From NCBI GenBank assembly GCA_964106645.2, contig OZ067042.1: 64,000 nt of DNA; one strand, given 5' to 3'. The DNA is from Podarcis pityusensis (taxonomy: Eukaryota). Below, piece after piece: positions 49,350 through 62,450 of the stretch. The number at the start of each line of letters is the position of its first letter. Positions within the stretch are counted from its first letter, which is position 1. The position numbers and the translations under genes are program-made. The notes under the pieces are model-generated. The model ran no database searches. It had not been told where the DNA came from and saw nothing but the letters and a program-made list of their open reading frames with translations.

Positions 49350-51386
49350 CATGGACAAGGAAGCAACAGCAGCACATGCATGGTGGGGCTGAGCCACACT
49401 TCTGACACGGGCGTCGCTGTTGTTTATGCAAAGAGGGCTGGGCCAGGGGGGCGGTGAGAGAGGGGCCATGACAGCACATCTGCTGGACTGCTGCTGCCGT
49501 TCCAGTGTTCTTTTTGGTGTACCAGCATGGCTTCAACTTGCTAATGTGTTTGCCCTGCCCAGGCAAGCAGCAGAGATTCTGGTATTGGGAGGTGAGCTCC
49601 AGCCCACCACATGCACTGCTACAGCAACAAATCCACCCGTAACAAAACAGAAGCCCCGAGTCTTCCTGATATAATGCTCCCCAAACCATTCCAGTGACAA
49701 TTTATTATGAACACTCAAGTGGTTAAGTCTTCCACAGGACGTGTCGCTGCTTTGCTACGACAGATGCATCACAGCTATGCCTCTGGATTTTATTAACACT
49801 CCAGGAGCCATGCAAGGCACCCAGTCTGAACTTGCCTCTCCCTTGACATGCCTCAGAAGGCATTTCCCCACAGCATCACCAAGATGTCTGGGATGCTTGG
49901 GCAAGGGGAAGGAGCATGTGCTCACAGGCCTGGAAAGCAGACAAGCTGAGCTTTGAAAACCTTCTCGGTGAATCATTGGTACCTGAGCACTGGCCAAGTC
50001 AAAGTGAAGCCTCTCAAAGGCATGGAGAGACACTCTAACCTGCAGTGGTACATTTTAGACTCTGGACTTAATTGTCTGACAGACAGCTCCTCTTTAGATC
50101 ATAAGGTGTATTTACTTCACTAACTTCAAAATGTGAGGTAAGTCATCCTGTGCATTGTAGGTTGGAGTGTCCCTTCTGTACATTCTCCCGAGAGGGGGCC
50201 CAAGACTTCTGCTCCAAAGATTTGCCCTGATGGCTCCGCTGATACTTCTCCCTCTATAGGTACCAGTGCTTCCTAGAAAAAACTTCTGCACAAGTGATTG
50301 GTACACAACCTTTCTAGTCATCGCTGAAAAAATATGGTTGCCCTATGGGACTAGTGGACACAGAAGGAGGAGCAGGCATGCCACAGATTTCCAACTCACT
50401 TCCTCTCTCTCTCTCTCTCTCTCACCTAGCAGGATTTCAAAGTCAGAAGGCAAAAGTGCCTGGAAATCCCTTGGGTGTTGTGACATGAGCTGGTATTATA
50501 TTTGGCATTTAAACTATGAATCATGCTTCCATGACTCTCTTGCCACGGAAGGATGTGCAAGAGATATCCTGCTTCTCACTTGTGTACATATTTTCTATAT
50601 GGTTGATCAGATTATCTTTCCTGTTTCTTGCAAGTTTGGCTCTGTTAAACTAGCTGCAATCTAAGCCAATAATATGCTGTTCTTACGCAACTCTTCTGCG
50701 CAATGCAATCAACGTAATTCTATTTAAATTTGACTTTACTTGACAATCTTGCCTTTCTTTTAATTAAAAAAACCTCTAGCTCTTATGGTCTCATATGAAA
50801 GCAAGAAAATGTGTAGTATTTGCTGAAGTTGCAAGAAACCAAAGGAAGTCTCAAGTAGGATATATATTCTGGTAGGATATATATTCCCTGCACTAACACG
50901 CTGTCCTTTCCCACAATTCTCTGTCCTCACCCCTCCCTGATCCTAGGAAAATTGGTTATCCTTGGCACCATAAAGATGCTAATCCCAGAAAGGGAACTGT
51001 CCCAGGGCCAATTCACATATTCTCCAGGTGAAAGAGCATTCTTATGATTATGGGTGCTATGTATGGTTTTTTATTCTTGCATTATGAATGTGATTGCTGT
51101 TTTAAATGAATTTTGTACTCCTCTCCAAGACTGATTTGATATGGAGTGGGATATAAAATACTTTAAACAAGTATGAAAGAAATAATATTTTGCAAACCAT
51201 TCCTCATCATAGAACTCAGACTGAATCCACTGGGTAATTTAAACTGTGACTGACATTCTTGTTATACTCTAAATTGCAAGTATTCATGATACTGTCAGTT
51301 CCATAATCACATGACCCTGTTTATGTGAACATTTTTCTTCACTGGATGAGAAAGGAGCAAGTCAGACTCATGCAACTTTGCCCCAT

Positions 51387-51436
51387 CCTCTCTCCTCTCC
51401 TCTCCTCTCCTCTCCTCTCCTCTCCTCTCCTCTCCC
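51387..51436 (+). repeat. (CTCTC)n polypyrimidine repeat
   Basis: Directly visible. Confidence 0.95.
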
Positions 51437-51568
51437 TGCATAGAAAGAAGTTCTTAAGACCCACCACAACATAGTGGTAAAGAGTAGGTTTTCGTGGGGA
51501 AACAGCCAGGGTGGCAGGGGAAGAAGCACTCAGACATGGAGCTTTAAAGAGTGGACCTATGTCTAGAA

Positions 51569-52432
51569 TGGATGGATGGCGGCTAATGGATTGAAGTTGA
51601 ATCCTGACAAGACAGAAGTACTGTTTGGGGGGGACAGGGGGCGGGCTGGTGTGGAGGACTCCCTGGTCCTGAATAGGGTAACTGTGCCCCTGAAGGACCG
51701 GGTGCGCAGCCTGGGAGTCATTTTGGACTCACAGCTGTCCATGGAGGCGCAGGTCAATTCTGTATCCAGGGCAGCTGTCTACCAACTCCACCTGGTACGC
51801 AGGCTGAGACCCTACCTGCCTGCGGACTGTCTCGCCAGAGTGGTGCATGCTCTAGTTATCTCCCGCTTGGACTACTGCAATGCGCTCTACGTGGGGCTAC
51901 CTTTGAAGGTGACTCGGAAACTACAACTAATCCAGAATGCGGCAGCTAGACTGGTGACTGGGGGCAGCCGCCGAGACCACATAACACTGGTCTTGAAAGA
52001 CCTACATTGGCTCCCAGTACGTTTCCGAGCACAATTCAAAGTGCTGGTGTTGACCTTTAAAGCCCTAAACGGCCTCGGCCCACTATACCTGAAGGAGCGT
52101 CTCCACCCCCATCGTTCTGCCTGGACGCTAAGGTCCAGCGCCGAAGGCCTTCTGGCGGTTCCCTCATTGCGAGAAGCAAAGCTACAGGGAACCAGGCAGA
52201 GGGCCTTCTTGATAGTGGCGCCTGCCCTGTGGAACGCCCTCCCATCAGATGTCAAAGCGATAAACAACTACCTGACATTCAGAAGACATCTTAAGGCAGC
52301 CCTGTTCAGGGAAGTTTTTAATGTGTGATATTTTAGTGTATTTTTGGTTTCTATGGAAGCCGCCCAGAGTGGCTGGGGAAACCCAGCCAGATGGGTGGGG
52401 TACAAATAATAAATTATTATTATTATTATTAT
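51569..52432 (+). mobile_element. Young 5'-truncated L2-clade LINE with (TTA)n tail
   Basis: Uninterrupted ORF2 C-terminus, a short 3' UTR with stem-loop (GGCTGGGGAAACCCAGCC) and an ATTATT tail. Imperfect flank similarity TAGAATG / TAGAAATG. Confidence 0.95.
51576..52328 (+). pseudogene. L2 ORF2 C-terminal fragment (RT thumb and downstream region), 250 aa, lacking the endonuclease and RT catalytic core
   Basis: Motifs LKLNPDKTE, VRSLGVILDSQLSM, HALVISRLDYCNALY, LQLIQNAAARL, LHWLPV..R.QFK, APALWNALP and LKAALFREVF are diagnostic of L2 ORF2. Confidence 0.93.
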
Positions 52433-54175
52433 AGAAATGAGGCACAAAAGCAAGTCTGGATGAGCACCTTCTTTCTAAGCTGAGCTTACCTATACCTGAC
52501 AGAAATTGATTACCATTTCCATATAACTTACTACATTTATATCCTTATTACAATGAAGAGCCCAAGGTATCATTCACCTCCATATTAGCCTCACAACAAC
52601 CCTTTGTGGCAAGTTAGGCTATGGGGTGGTGAGGTCCATGGCTGAATGGGAATTTGACCTGTATTCTCCTCAGTCCTAGTCCAGCACTACATTGCAATGA
52701 TACCTGTTCTGTAGACTTCATCCAGAGTGATTCAAGGGCCTGACTGTAAGAACACATGTGCCTCTGGCTCCTTAGCTCTACCTATGCAGATTGGAGCGGA
52801 TGAGAATTATATTTCAAAACTTGTGGAGGGTACCAGTATGAAATGCAACACTGCTTCTCCCTTGCTTTTAACACAAATTCTGTGCTACATGCCATTGTGC
52901 AGTGCAATAAGAAGTCACACATACAGAATTGCCTGTCTTTATCACACAACTTTGGGAGTGGGTGATGCTTGAAAGGTCATTTCTTACAAGCACACCTCCA
53001 CACCTGAGCAGATAGTTGATGCAAGATAATGGAGTGATCCCTCCATTAGCTTGCATAGGAGGAAAGAAGATAGTGGATCTCTATAAATGGTGGTGATGAT
53101 GGAGAATCTCACCAAAAGGGTTCTGTTATCCTTGGCAGATAAGATTCCCCCAACCCAGTTTCTGGGTAGCCATGCAAGTTAATAGAAGGATGGCTCTCAA
53201 TTAATTTGCATAGGGGAAAGAAGTATCTGTAGCCCCAGAAATAACTGCAGAGTGTATGTAGTCACCACCACAATCAGTTCTTCTCCTCCGCCTGAGAAAA
53301 ACTGAAGGTTTGGGAGAAAGGGGTTTTGAAGGTGTGCACTGAGAAGCAGTAAGCCCCCCCACCCTAGTTATGATCAACATTTGAGTTGTATAGTAAAATA
53401 GAGGATAAAACTTCATGCCTACAGATTCACTCCCACCTGCCTAAGATTAAAGATGGAGCAGGAGAGGAAGGTGAAGGGCAAAGGGTAGCAAACTGGTTCT
53501 GTATGAACAAAGCTACTTCCAGCAGTTAACATGAGGCTGGTTCACATGGAAATCCAGATCAAATGAGCAAAGAGAAATCACAACAGATTGGAAATGCATT
53601 ATGTGCCTCACAAGCCAGAAAAAGCTGTGGCAGGGGAAGAACCCAAATTGTGGATTGGACCTAAGTGTGTTAGAAGAGGGGAAGAGACGTTGCTAAAACA
53701 GGGGTGGCTAACCTCCCCCTGCCCTGTTGCTGGACTACAACTCCTATAATCATGGGAAGCGTAGTTCAACAACATCTAGAGATCCTTGAACTAGAAAATG
53801 CATAATTAGAATTTGTGTCACAGCCAGGCACTCCAGTTTGATCATACACAGTCATACCTATTCTAAAAAGGACAAGTTGCAAAGGGTAAGGGCAAATCTT
53901 GCAAATACAAATATTTTACCAGCTAAATCACTTGTACTAAACATTTTACCAGCATGTCCCCACCCTGCCCAGTACTAATTTGCCACAGCATAATGGGGGG
54001 GGGATGGATTTACTAAGCTACTTGCTTTGAAGGAACTGTTGCTTTCCCTAGGGCAATATCCAAGTGCAATACTGGGGGAAAGGGGATGCCAAACTTTCAG
54101 TAACATCTAAATGTCTTAACAGGCAAAACCAAGGGCAATCAGGACTAACATCTCAAGACATTTGGGAGCCCAAGG

Positions 54176-54255
54176 CTGCAATCCTGCGCTCTTGCCTGTG
54201 AGTAAACCACATTGAACTCAGTCTTTTTTTCTAAGTAGACATACATAGGATTGCA
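54176..54255. mobile_element. Small ancient palindromic MITE-like repeat (TGCAATCCT...AGGATTGCA)
   Basis: 9-bp inverted termini around an AGTAA..CATTGAACTCA core. Decayed relatives near 355, 26030, 28090, 29070, 38915 and 62650. Confidence 0.55.
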
Positions 54256-55729
54256 CTGTCAACTATCACTGAAGCAGTGCTAAAATTTTGTAAATGTTTT
54301 TCACCCTGAAAATTGCTCACATTTTGCCAAAAATGTAACCCACAAAGCCGTTTCACTTTCCATTTTTAAGTACGATCTTTGTTTAAAGCAGCTGGAGCTG
54401 AACATTTGATACAGATTGTGACTTAAAAGTACAACAGGAAAGCCTCAAGAACATAATAAAGGAGTGCCTGAATCTAATTAAGTGTGATGACAGAGGACAG
54501 CCCTCTCACTTCCCACTCAGACCCTCTATGTAGAAGTGTTTATACATCTTTAAGACAAGCCAGTGCTTAAAAGCTATGCAAAAGCAGAAGTTGAACATGA
54601 CAACAGATTTACTTACATGAGGGTTAAAGCATGAAGTTGTCCTTCGTTTAAGGAGCAGCTGGAAAGTGTTCTGCTGTTTAGCTTATGCAAAATACACAAA
54701 GCTGCTATTTGTGTTTGCTCGGAGTTATGGGAGGTGGGCCGTGCATCCCAGCACATACACGCAGAGAACAAAGCCTACATGCATACAATATCTCTTACTC
54801 CCACCCACTGGTACTTCTCCGAATGAGGGACAGATTTGCATAAGACATCATCTGCAGCCAGTGATAACAGCTGAAGAGCGGAGTGGGACAGAGGGGCTTT
54901 AATATGTGATAGATGATCGAAGAGTGAGACCACACAGCCAGTGAATAAGAAGAGGAAAAAAGGGCGGTGCCAGAGAATTCCTAAAACAGAGGGAGAGAAA
55001 TGCATGTAGGAAAGAGAAAATTTGGAACACACCCGTGATCTACCAGACCAATGGGAAGCTGCTCACTGGGAAGAGGACTACCCCACACTATGGGCATTTG
55101 CTCCCCCCTCACTAGCTATGCAGGAAAATGTTCAGACATTATCTTCATTTGTTCTATAAATTAGTCTACACCGACTTTCACTGGTTTTAGCCAATGAATA
55201 GAGGCATAACAATGATTGACATATAGGAAAGCAGATCTTACAAACTCCACAAACATGAAAAGGCCAGAGTGACACACCCACAGTTTACTTCCTGGCTCCT
55301 TTATTTTGGTCTTTCCGGGTGGAGAACAGATTATAATCATATTGCAGTGGCTATGAGAAAAAGAGTTACACCAGTCCTGCAAAAGAAACCCAGTTATCAG
55401 AGCTATTGCCTCAGTTGACAGGGTGGCAGATTTGTGCCCGCTGGGTCCCTGCTTCCTTGCCTTGCCAGCTAGCCCACCACCCCAGCTCTTTCAAAGCTCT
55501 ATAGAACACCTGCTCCATGCCTGTGCTGCCTGAAGCAAATTTAAACTTCAAATTACCAGTAAGAAAAAGAACTTCTAGCCACTACAGAATAATGGTACCA
55601 GCAGCACTCTCCTGGCCACCCTTCCTCAGAGGGTGTGTATGTTAACTATGTGTATTTATTTATTTGGAGTATTTACTTGCCCTTCCCAGGGCAAACAATA
55701 AATAAATCCCAAGGAATCCCATTTATGCA

Positions 55730-56005
55730 CTTACTTATTAAAAAAATAAATATATACCGCTGTATCATAAAAATATATCACAGCGGTTTGCAACAATAAA
55801 GCAAACATAAAGCAAACAATAAATTTGTAAAAAGTTAAATGCAAAAAGAAATTAAAAACAAACATCAACAGACCATTGTGGAGGATGTACTCTTAATACT
55901 CTTAATTGCCTGCAAAGGCTTGGGGGAATACAGAAGTTTCCAGCCAGTGTTTAGAAGTTGGCACAGAAGGTGCTCACTGAATCTCTAGTGGCAGGGTGTT
56001 GCCGA
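55730..56005 (-). mobile_element. Decayed L2-type 3' end
   Basis: TATATACCGCTG...CAGCGGTTT stem, an A-rich spacer, then AAGGCTTGGGGGAA...GGCAGGGTGTT, the reverse complement of a 'WN.LP...LK..LF..AF'-like end. Confidence 0.5.
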
Positions 56006-56178
56006 GGACTGAGCACTCCAGTGTGCCACTTTACTACATTAAAGGAGCTGTTGTTTTCTGTACTGTACTTTTCTCTTTTTTTATATAGAGGAGTATTCAA
56101 GAATATGATTTCTGCCCCTGGAAGTGTTACACTTCAAAATTCTACCTGTTGCTTTGAAAAGAAGCATCAAGAGAACCT

Positions 56179-56434
56179 GAACAGCCTTTACCAAAGGTGT
56201 CATGGACTTTGAGGAAGCACGAACTCAGGGCAAAAAGGAGAAATGAGCTAAGAGCAAGACATGTTTGGCAAACCCTCACTGTGGCCAACTCCCATCCAGA
56301 AACCTATGTCCCCACTGTGGAAGGATGTGTGGATCCAGAATTGGCCTCCACAGTCACTTACGGACTCACTGTTAAGACTGTGTTCATGAAAGACAATCTT
56401 ACTTGGCTACAAGTGATTGCCAAAGAAGAAAAAC
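56179..56434 (+). mobile_element. RTE-clade LINE 3' end
   Basis: Translates AFTKGVMDFEEARTQGKKEK...NL/CPHCGRMCGSRIGLHSHLRTHC*, the CCHH finger typical of RTE ORF C-termini, followed by a short UTR and (GAA) tail. Confidence 0.85.
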
Positions 56435-59209
56435 CCTCTTAAGCTTCACCATGCAGAGAATAAACAATCACAACTCACCATGTTCCATTCTTGTCTTTGA
56501 TAATTAATGTCTATGACCAAAACTGGGGTAACACTCTCACTCTCTCCTTTTGCTATCCCCTGCCCTTTGAATGGCTGGTTGAAACAACAACATTAATGGT
56601 TTCCAGTTGAACTGAAACTATTAGAAAGACGATGGCTCTCAAGAAAAAAGGCATGTTATTTCTGCAGCTGTATGAGTCACACCAGGCTTTCTCTTCCCTC
56701 CCCACCCCCAGCCTTATTCTATTAGGAACAATCCCTGGGAAGATTTTGGTTCCAGAGAGGGGGAAAGTTGGCAGAAACAACCCAATTCCCATATGTTCTG
56801 CATGATTTTAAAAAGGAAACTAACTGCCTTTAGTTTTGAAGCCCCAACTCCCAAGAATGGTTTTGACCTAGTAAAAGAAAATCAAGAGGTTTCTTCTCTT
56901 TTCTTTACATTTACCCATGACTTCTCATATTCTGTCCCAGGAATGTCTTGGAAGCTTTTCTGACAACCCTTTTCAGTTGGTGGAAATATTGTGCTTTTCT
57001 GCTGGGCACATATTAAATGCAGGGTAGTATCCCAAAACTTGCTTGACAGGGATAGCTAGCCATGACCACCTTGTGTCCCCGAAATGGGGGTTCCAGTAAA
57101 GTGACTGTGCACACCTGTGCAGAAGTCCACATTGCCCAACCATTACCACAGAGCAGAAGTCCAGAAGTAAATATAACATGGGCCTATAACTTATTTAAAA
57201 GTGAACATACCACAGTCATAGCAATACTCAGTGATAGCTGGGTGGAGTCCAACTGCTTCCCCACCCCCAAAGCCAACACTTTCTAAAAGCCTTGCAGCAC
57301 CATTAACACACCGTTCCTGCCTTCGGACCCCACACAGGTGCTGCCTGAGGCAAGTCATTTCACCCTGATGCATGGACTTGTTCAACGTTTTATCCGCCAG
57401 CGAAGGCCTTCACCACCGGTTAAATGTGTGGACCTAATGAAAGAGCAACTTTACAACCTTATCCTATTTCCTGGGAAATACTATGTGGGGAAGTGGGGGG
57501 GGGGGGTGGAGAGATTGCGCTGCTGCAACCTCATTAAGTCTCCACTCAATACTGGATCAGCTCTACAGATGCATGCTGCACCTGTGAAGGAACGGAAAAG
57601 GCATAGCTGGTTATGTGTGCTGCAAAGCTGTGCATGGCTAGGGAAAGGGAATGAAGCAGAGGGGGCATGTTTAGTTGGCATTGTATCCATAATACCAAGA
57701 TGAGGAAGACTGTTATGTGCATCAGTGCAATGGGGTACTTCATATATTTTCTCCCACTAAAATATGACTCCTTCCAGACTGGGCAACATGGCCAGAAACT
57801 CACACTCCCAGACCCAAAAGTAGACACGAAGAAGCAGAGGTTAGAGAAGAGTACAAGCATTTGTTATTCTCAAGGTAAATACTGTATTTTCAGTTGGGTT
57901 TTTGTAATTTGGTTTTGTTTGGCACTAGTTTTCTTGCAGACCAGATGCAACTTTCTTATAGGTCATGTTCAAATGGTGCACACTGTTATTTTCCTGGCTC
58001 ACCTAGAAACAAAGTGCATCTTGCTTTCTGACAAGTTAAGATCTAACCTTCTGGACAGTTCTGCCAAACCAAACATGAACGCTTAATATTGAAATGTCAA
58101 AATCTCCCCTGTAACATGCAACTGAAATGTTCAGTGCTTGGCTGAATATCATTCCTCAACCCCCTTTATCATCTTTATGTTTGTACTCTGGTTGAAAACT
58201 TTAAAAGCCCCAGGCATCCCCTATGAAAAATTAAGCACCAAATGGTACAAAAGATGTTCATTTTCATACACTGACCTAGGTAAAGAGCACATTTTTCAAT
58301 CCTCCTTTCCCCCACTGCCACTCAGAGATGGGCTAGAAGCCAAGTCTGTGCCGGTAAGCTTGTTTTTCTATTTAAAGTGTTCATTTTTATTAATAACCCT
58401 TTAATGTCTACACACTGGCACTGTAGGAGTTGTATTTCCATGTTATGTCATCGGGAGCTATTATGTATTTAATTCCTGAGCCCACAAATCCATATGGACA
58501 TCATTAAACATATATAGCATAGCATTAAAACTCTGTTCCACCCCCCTCCCAAAAAAAAGCCCAATCCCCAGCTAGGGTCATGGGAAAGAGAAACAGGCAA
58601 GCAGAGTGCTTTTAGCGTTACATTTTACTATGCACATCTTTAGGCAGTTTTTTGTGCACAATAGGTTGCAAGTTGCCCTGAGCTCTTGTTGGAAGGGTGA
58701 CTAATACCTGAGCCAAATAAATAAAAGTGGGGTTGTGTTAATAAACTTGGAGGGTGTTGAGGCAATAGGGCAAAACCCTTACCCATGTAAGCTTTGCATG
58801 TGCACCCAGATATATTTGCCATATTCAATGTCTGATTTCTGTACAGTATTAGCACACCAGGTGCTGATGGCCTGGGCATGTTTGCTGCTGGCATGCAAGT
58901 GTTACACAGAAATGGGTCAGGTTATGTACTAAGTACATCTAAATGCACATGGAAAGCTTACAGATGAAGCCCTGGAGGTGTTCAATGACACTTTTGTGGG
59001 GTTGGCCCACAGTAAAAGTTTCTAAAAGATCAATATGTACAATAGTAGAGAGAACAAAGAAATCCACTAAAATACATTTGTAGTTATTTCCCCATAGAAG
59101 ATGAATCATGAACCCAAATTGTGCTTAAATATCCCATGGGAACAATTTATATATTCTCACGATCAGAATGCATTGGGATATCCATCCATTTCCCTCTGTC
59201 TCTGAAAAG

Positions 59210-59330
59210 TTACACACCATGCATTTAAAGCACATGACTTCTTCAAAGAATCTTGGGAACTGTAGTTTTCCCCTCACAGAGCTACAATTCCCAGCACCCT
59301 CAAAAAACTACAGTACCCAGTTTGCAGGAA
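59210..59330. mobile_element. Partial copy of the foldback family seen at 29502 and 48750
   Basis: ACACCATGCATTTAAAGCAC...GGGAACTGTAGTTT...CCCCTCACAGAGCTACAATTCCCAGCACCCT. Confidence 0.75.
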
Positions 59331-61818
59331 GAGTAATGAAAGTGGCAAATCCATCAATGAAATGGGAAGAAAACATTTTTAGGTGTAATAGACTGGGGGA
59401 ATTAATCTCATAAAAATTAAAGCTGAAGTTTGAAAAATATTTATTTCCCCGTACATCTAGAAACACCAACACACAAACTTGCAGAATGTCTGTTCCTCAT
59501 CTGCTGCAAGCATCATAACACACATTTCACTATCAGGGCCTCTTTGATATTTCCATCTGGAAAAGGCAAGCGCTGCCTCCCTCAAGTCTGAAAACTACCT
59601 TTTAATCTCCTATTCTCCTTGATCTACTTCTTTTTCCACCACTTGTTCTAGCTCCCCAATGAATTCAAGGATCACTCATCTGTCTAGTTTCTAATGCTCC
59701 TTAAAATGCTCGCAAACTTTTCTCAGAAGGGGCTCTTAAATTTAATTCAGGTGATTCCATTCCTTCAAAGAGGGCCAGTCACTAGTCTATGCAGGTGAAA
59801 ATTTTTTTAAGAAGGACTGGGAGAAATAAAACTCTTTAGATGGAGCCGCTTGTATGTCCAGATTTCATGATCCATTTCTAGCCTTTAACAGCCTGTTGTG
59901 AAGACATGCATTTTAATGGCTTTAGCCTCATCGCTATCTGAACAACAGGGACTTGATCTGTGTATTGAGATGGAATAAGAGAACAATGGAAGCTTTTCTT
60001 TTATGCTTCTGGGCAGCCTAAAGGAAGTTTGCAAGAATGGAGCTCAGCTGTGCTGTGATATTTCCACCACCACTCAGTAGGGGGAAAAGATTAACAGATT
60101 AAAGGCCTTACCCAACAAGACAAGTGCATGTGTACACATATTCAGGTCCCATATCTAAGGGTCTACAACAAACTCAGGATCATTTGAAGAAGATTGATCA
60201 CCCTCTTCTGCTTCTTTTGATCTCACCATCACAAGTAGTTGAAGAATCTTAAAAGTGGAAGTGAGAAACTTACCATGCATTTTTTTCTGACGGTACTTAT
60301 ATTGTGATGTTTATTCATTTGGTGTATTGTTGTCTTAGGAACATATAATTAGGATGTCATAGAGTTTAATATTACTTAAACTGAGGCAGCTTCACACACA
60401 CACATGGTTAATTAACATATTTTACAATGACCCCAACTTTACATATTGGTAATGATGAAAGGTGCCCACTTTTCACTTAACATTCTTGAAACAGATGGAT
60501 CATACTGTCAATATAACCATGCTGTCTTTTAAGAACTGTTAAGTTCTTAAAATTCTGCTTCCCAATGTGCCATTCTCTACTCCAAGTCATTGGATTCCCC
60601 ATCATAATTCAACAAAGCAATCGCTTTTGGTTCTAACTTTAAGCCTACAATCTTTTTTAAAGTAATAGGGAGGTCGGATTACCAGCAAGTAGTTTCCAGT
60701 GGTTTCCTGACAATTTTTCAGAGAACCCACAAGACTCTAATTAAAAGCAAATGCAATTGGACAGATAAAATATCCTGAGGTTCACCACAACGCTTTGATG
60801 TCTGCCTTCTGAAGAGGGTGTTGAAATCTCTTGAATATGGGATATATACCACAGTTGACTCTTGCAGTTGCCCTTCATTGGCTTAGGCTAGAATACTTAG
60901 TGCCACTTCCAAGGATATGAGAGTCACAAACTGAATGGCTTGAACCCTGGTTTTCACATTCCAAGAAGGTGCCTCTGCAAAGTAAACTTTCTTACTCAGC
61001 CCTTCCACAGCTGCCCATGCTTAACAGATCATATGAATTCAACATGAGTACATCAAACTGACCTATATCGCAACATGAAGTATTTATTTAGTGCTTTGGG
61101 AATGTTCAAGATGTTTAATAGAATCCTAGTCATGTTCGTCTCTCCCTTCCCTCCTTGATAACTTGAGCACTCATCCTGTTCACCCCATTGTCTCAGCTGC
61201 CTCATGCTTTCCTCTCCCTAGCTTCCTCCTTTGCCCCATGCTTTTAGGCCGGTTTCCTCACTCACTGCCATGGCCATTATCTCAATCTTGTGTTCTGCTA
61301 GAACAATCTTTTCTCTAACATGATCACAGTCATAATGGCATTTCCTCTGGTAGCTGAGGCCCCGTTCTGAAAATCAGGTCTAGGGTTATCTGTGAAATTT
61401 CAATTAAATCAGAAGCTCTGATAGTTTGATAAGCTGCCTGTCGTTTTGAGTCAAAACATGAGGTTATTTGATCTGTTGTTTGTGTTTCTGGGGGCCAGAG
61501 TGCATCAAAGACCATCAGTGCAGACAGGCAGAAAGACTGATGATGTGGTGGTGACTTTACCAAGCAGTTTTTGACATTTATCTCTTGGATACGATATTCT
61601 TTAAAGCACCTAAAAGCTACCTACTTATCTTAAAAGAAATTAAAACTTTTTTTTTTTAAAAAAGAAAAGAATGTGGCCTTGTTCAGATATTTTCTTTGAA
61701 GAATAAATAATTTAGAGATACTGGGATGTTTGAGACATAATGCCAAACCACAGCTTAGTGCCACATGAGGGAGACTTGAGCCTCACACAGGGCTCATCCG
61801 CAGTTTTGCTTCACCCAT

Positions 61819-62073
61819 ATTTTGATTGTATTGTGTACCAATTAATTCACCCTAGTCTGAGAGCTTTTTGCATTGTTATATGACTGTCCCTTGCAGAAAT
61901 ACGATCTTACCCACTGAGTTGGATCTTTTCAGATGTGTGGAAAATCTGAAGAGAGATTTTGCTTAACCAAACTTCAATTGAGTGGGTAAGATCTGATTTT
62001 TCCAATGCACAGCTATGGAACAACAAGAAAAGCTCTTGGACCCAGAGGAATTAATGCACAATATGATCAAAAT
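61819..62073. repeat. ~255-bp imperfect palindrome (old foldback element)
   Basis: Paired arms ATTTTGATTGTATTGTGTA / TGCACAATATGATCAAAAT, GAGCTTTT / AAAAGCTC, GATCTTACCCACT (61903-61915) / AGTGGGTAAGATC (61981-61993), and a central TCTTTTCAGAT / ATCTGAAGAGA hairpin. Confidence 0.8.
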
Positions 62074-62074
62074 G

Positions 62075-62450
62075 CAGGCCAAGCCAAGGTGTGGATGAGA
62101 CCACAGGCGCCTTCCCCCTTCCCCTTTCCTTTCATGACAGGATCCCCTCCTAGCTTCTGGCATTGTTCGCAATTTCATCTGAACCAGCAAACCATGGTTT
62201 GCCTTGTCCTACAAACCAGTATGGAAACTAGGATCAAACCATGGTTTGCAATCCTAGTTTGTGGCGTTAAGTTTTGCAGATAGTTTTGCAGGTTTGTACA
62301 AAGTGGCAGACAGTGGTTTGCCACAAACAAGGAAGGGAGGGAAGAAATTTCAGCCTGTATGGCGAAGAGAGAAAGCATGAGCTCAAGGGTCTTTAAAAGC
62401 TTGTATGCATTGCATCAATCATGGTTTGATATTACATCTGAACCAGGCCA
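62075..62450. mobile_element. Old repeat of the 'AAACCATGGTTT' palindrome family
   Basis: CAAACCATGGTTTG occurs twice (about 62188 and 62234), and the element ends CATGGTTTGATATTACATCTGAACC. Similar motifs occur near 17500-17900, 33290-33510 and 34950-35135. Confidence 0.55.

Noticed and set aside
49141-49689. 182-aa minus-strand ORF
   Set aside because: Its C-terminal part is read-through of a Sauria SINE and a foldback element.
51887-52267. 126-aa minus-strand ORF
   Set aside because: Antisense shadow of the L2 ORF2.
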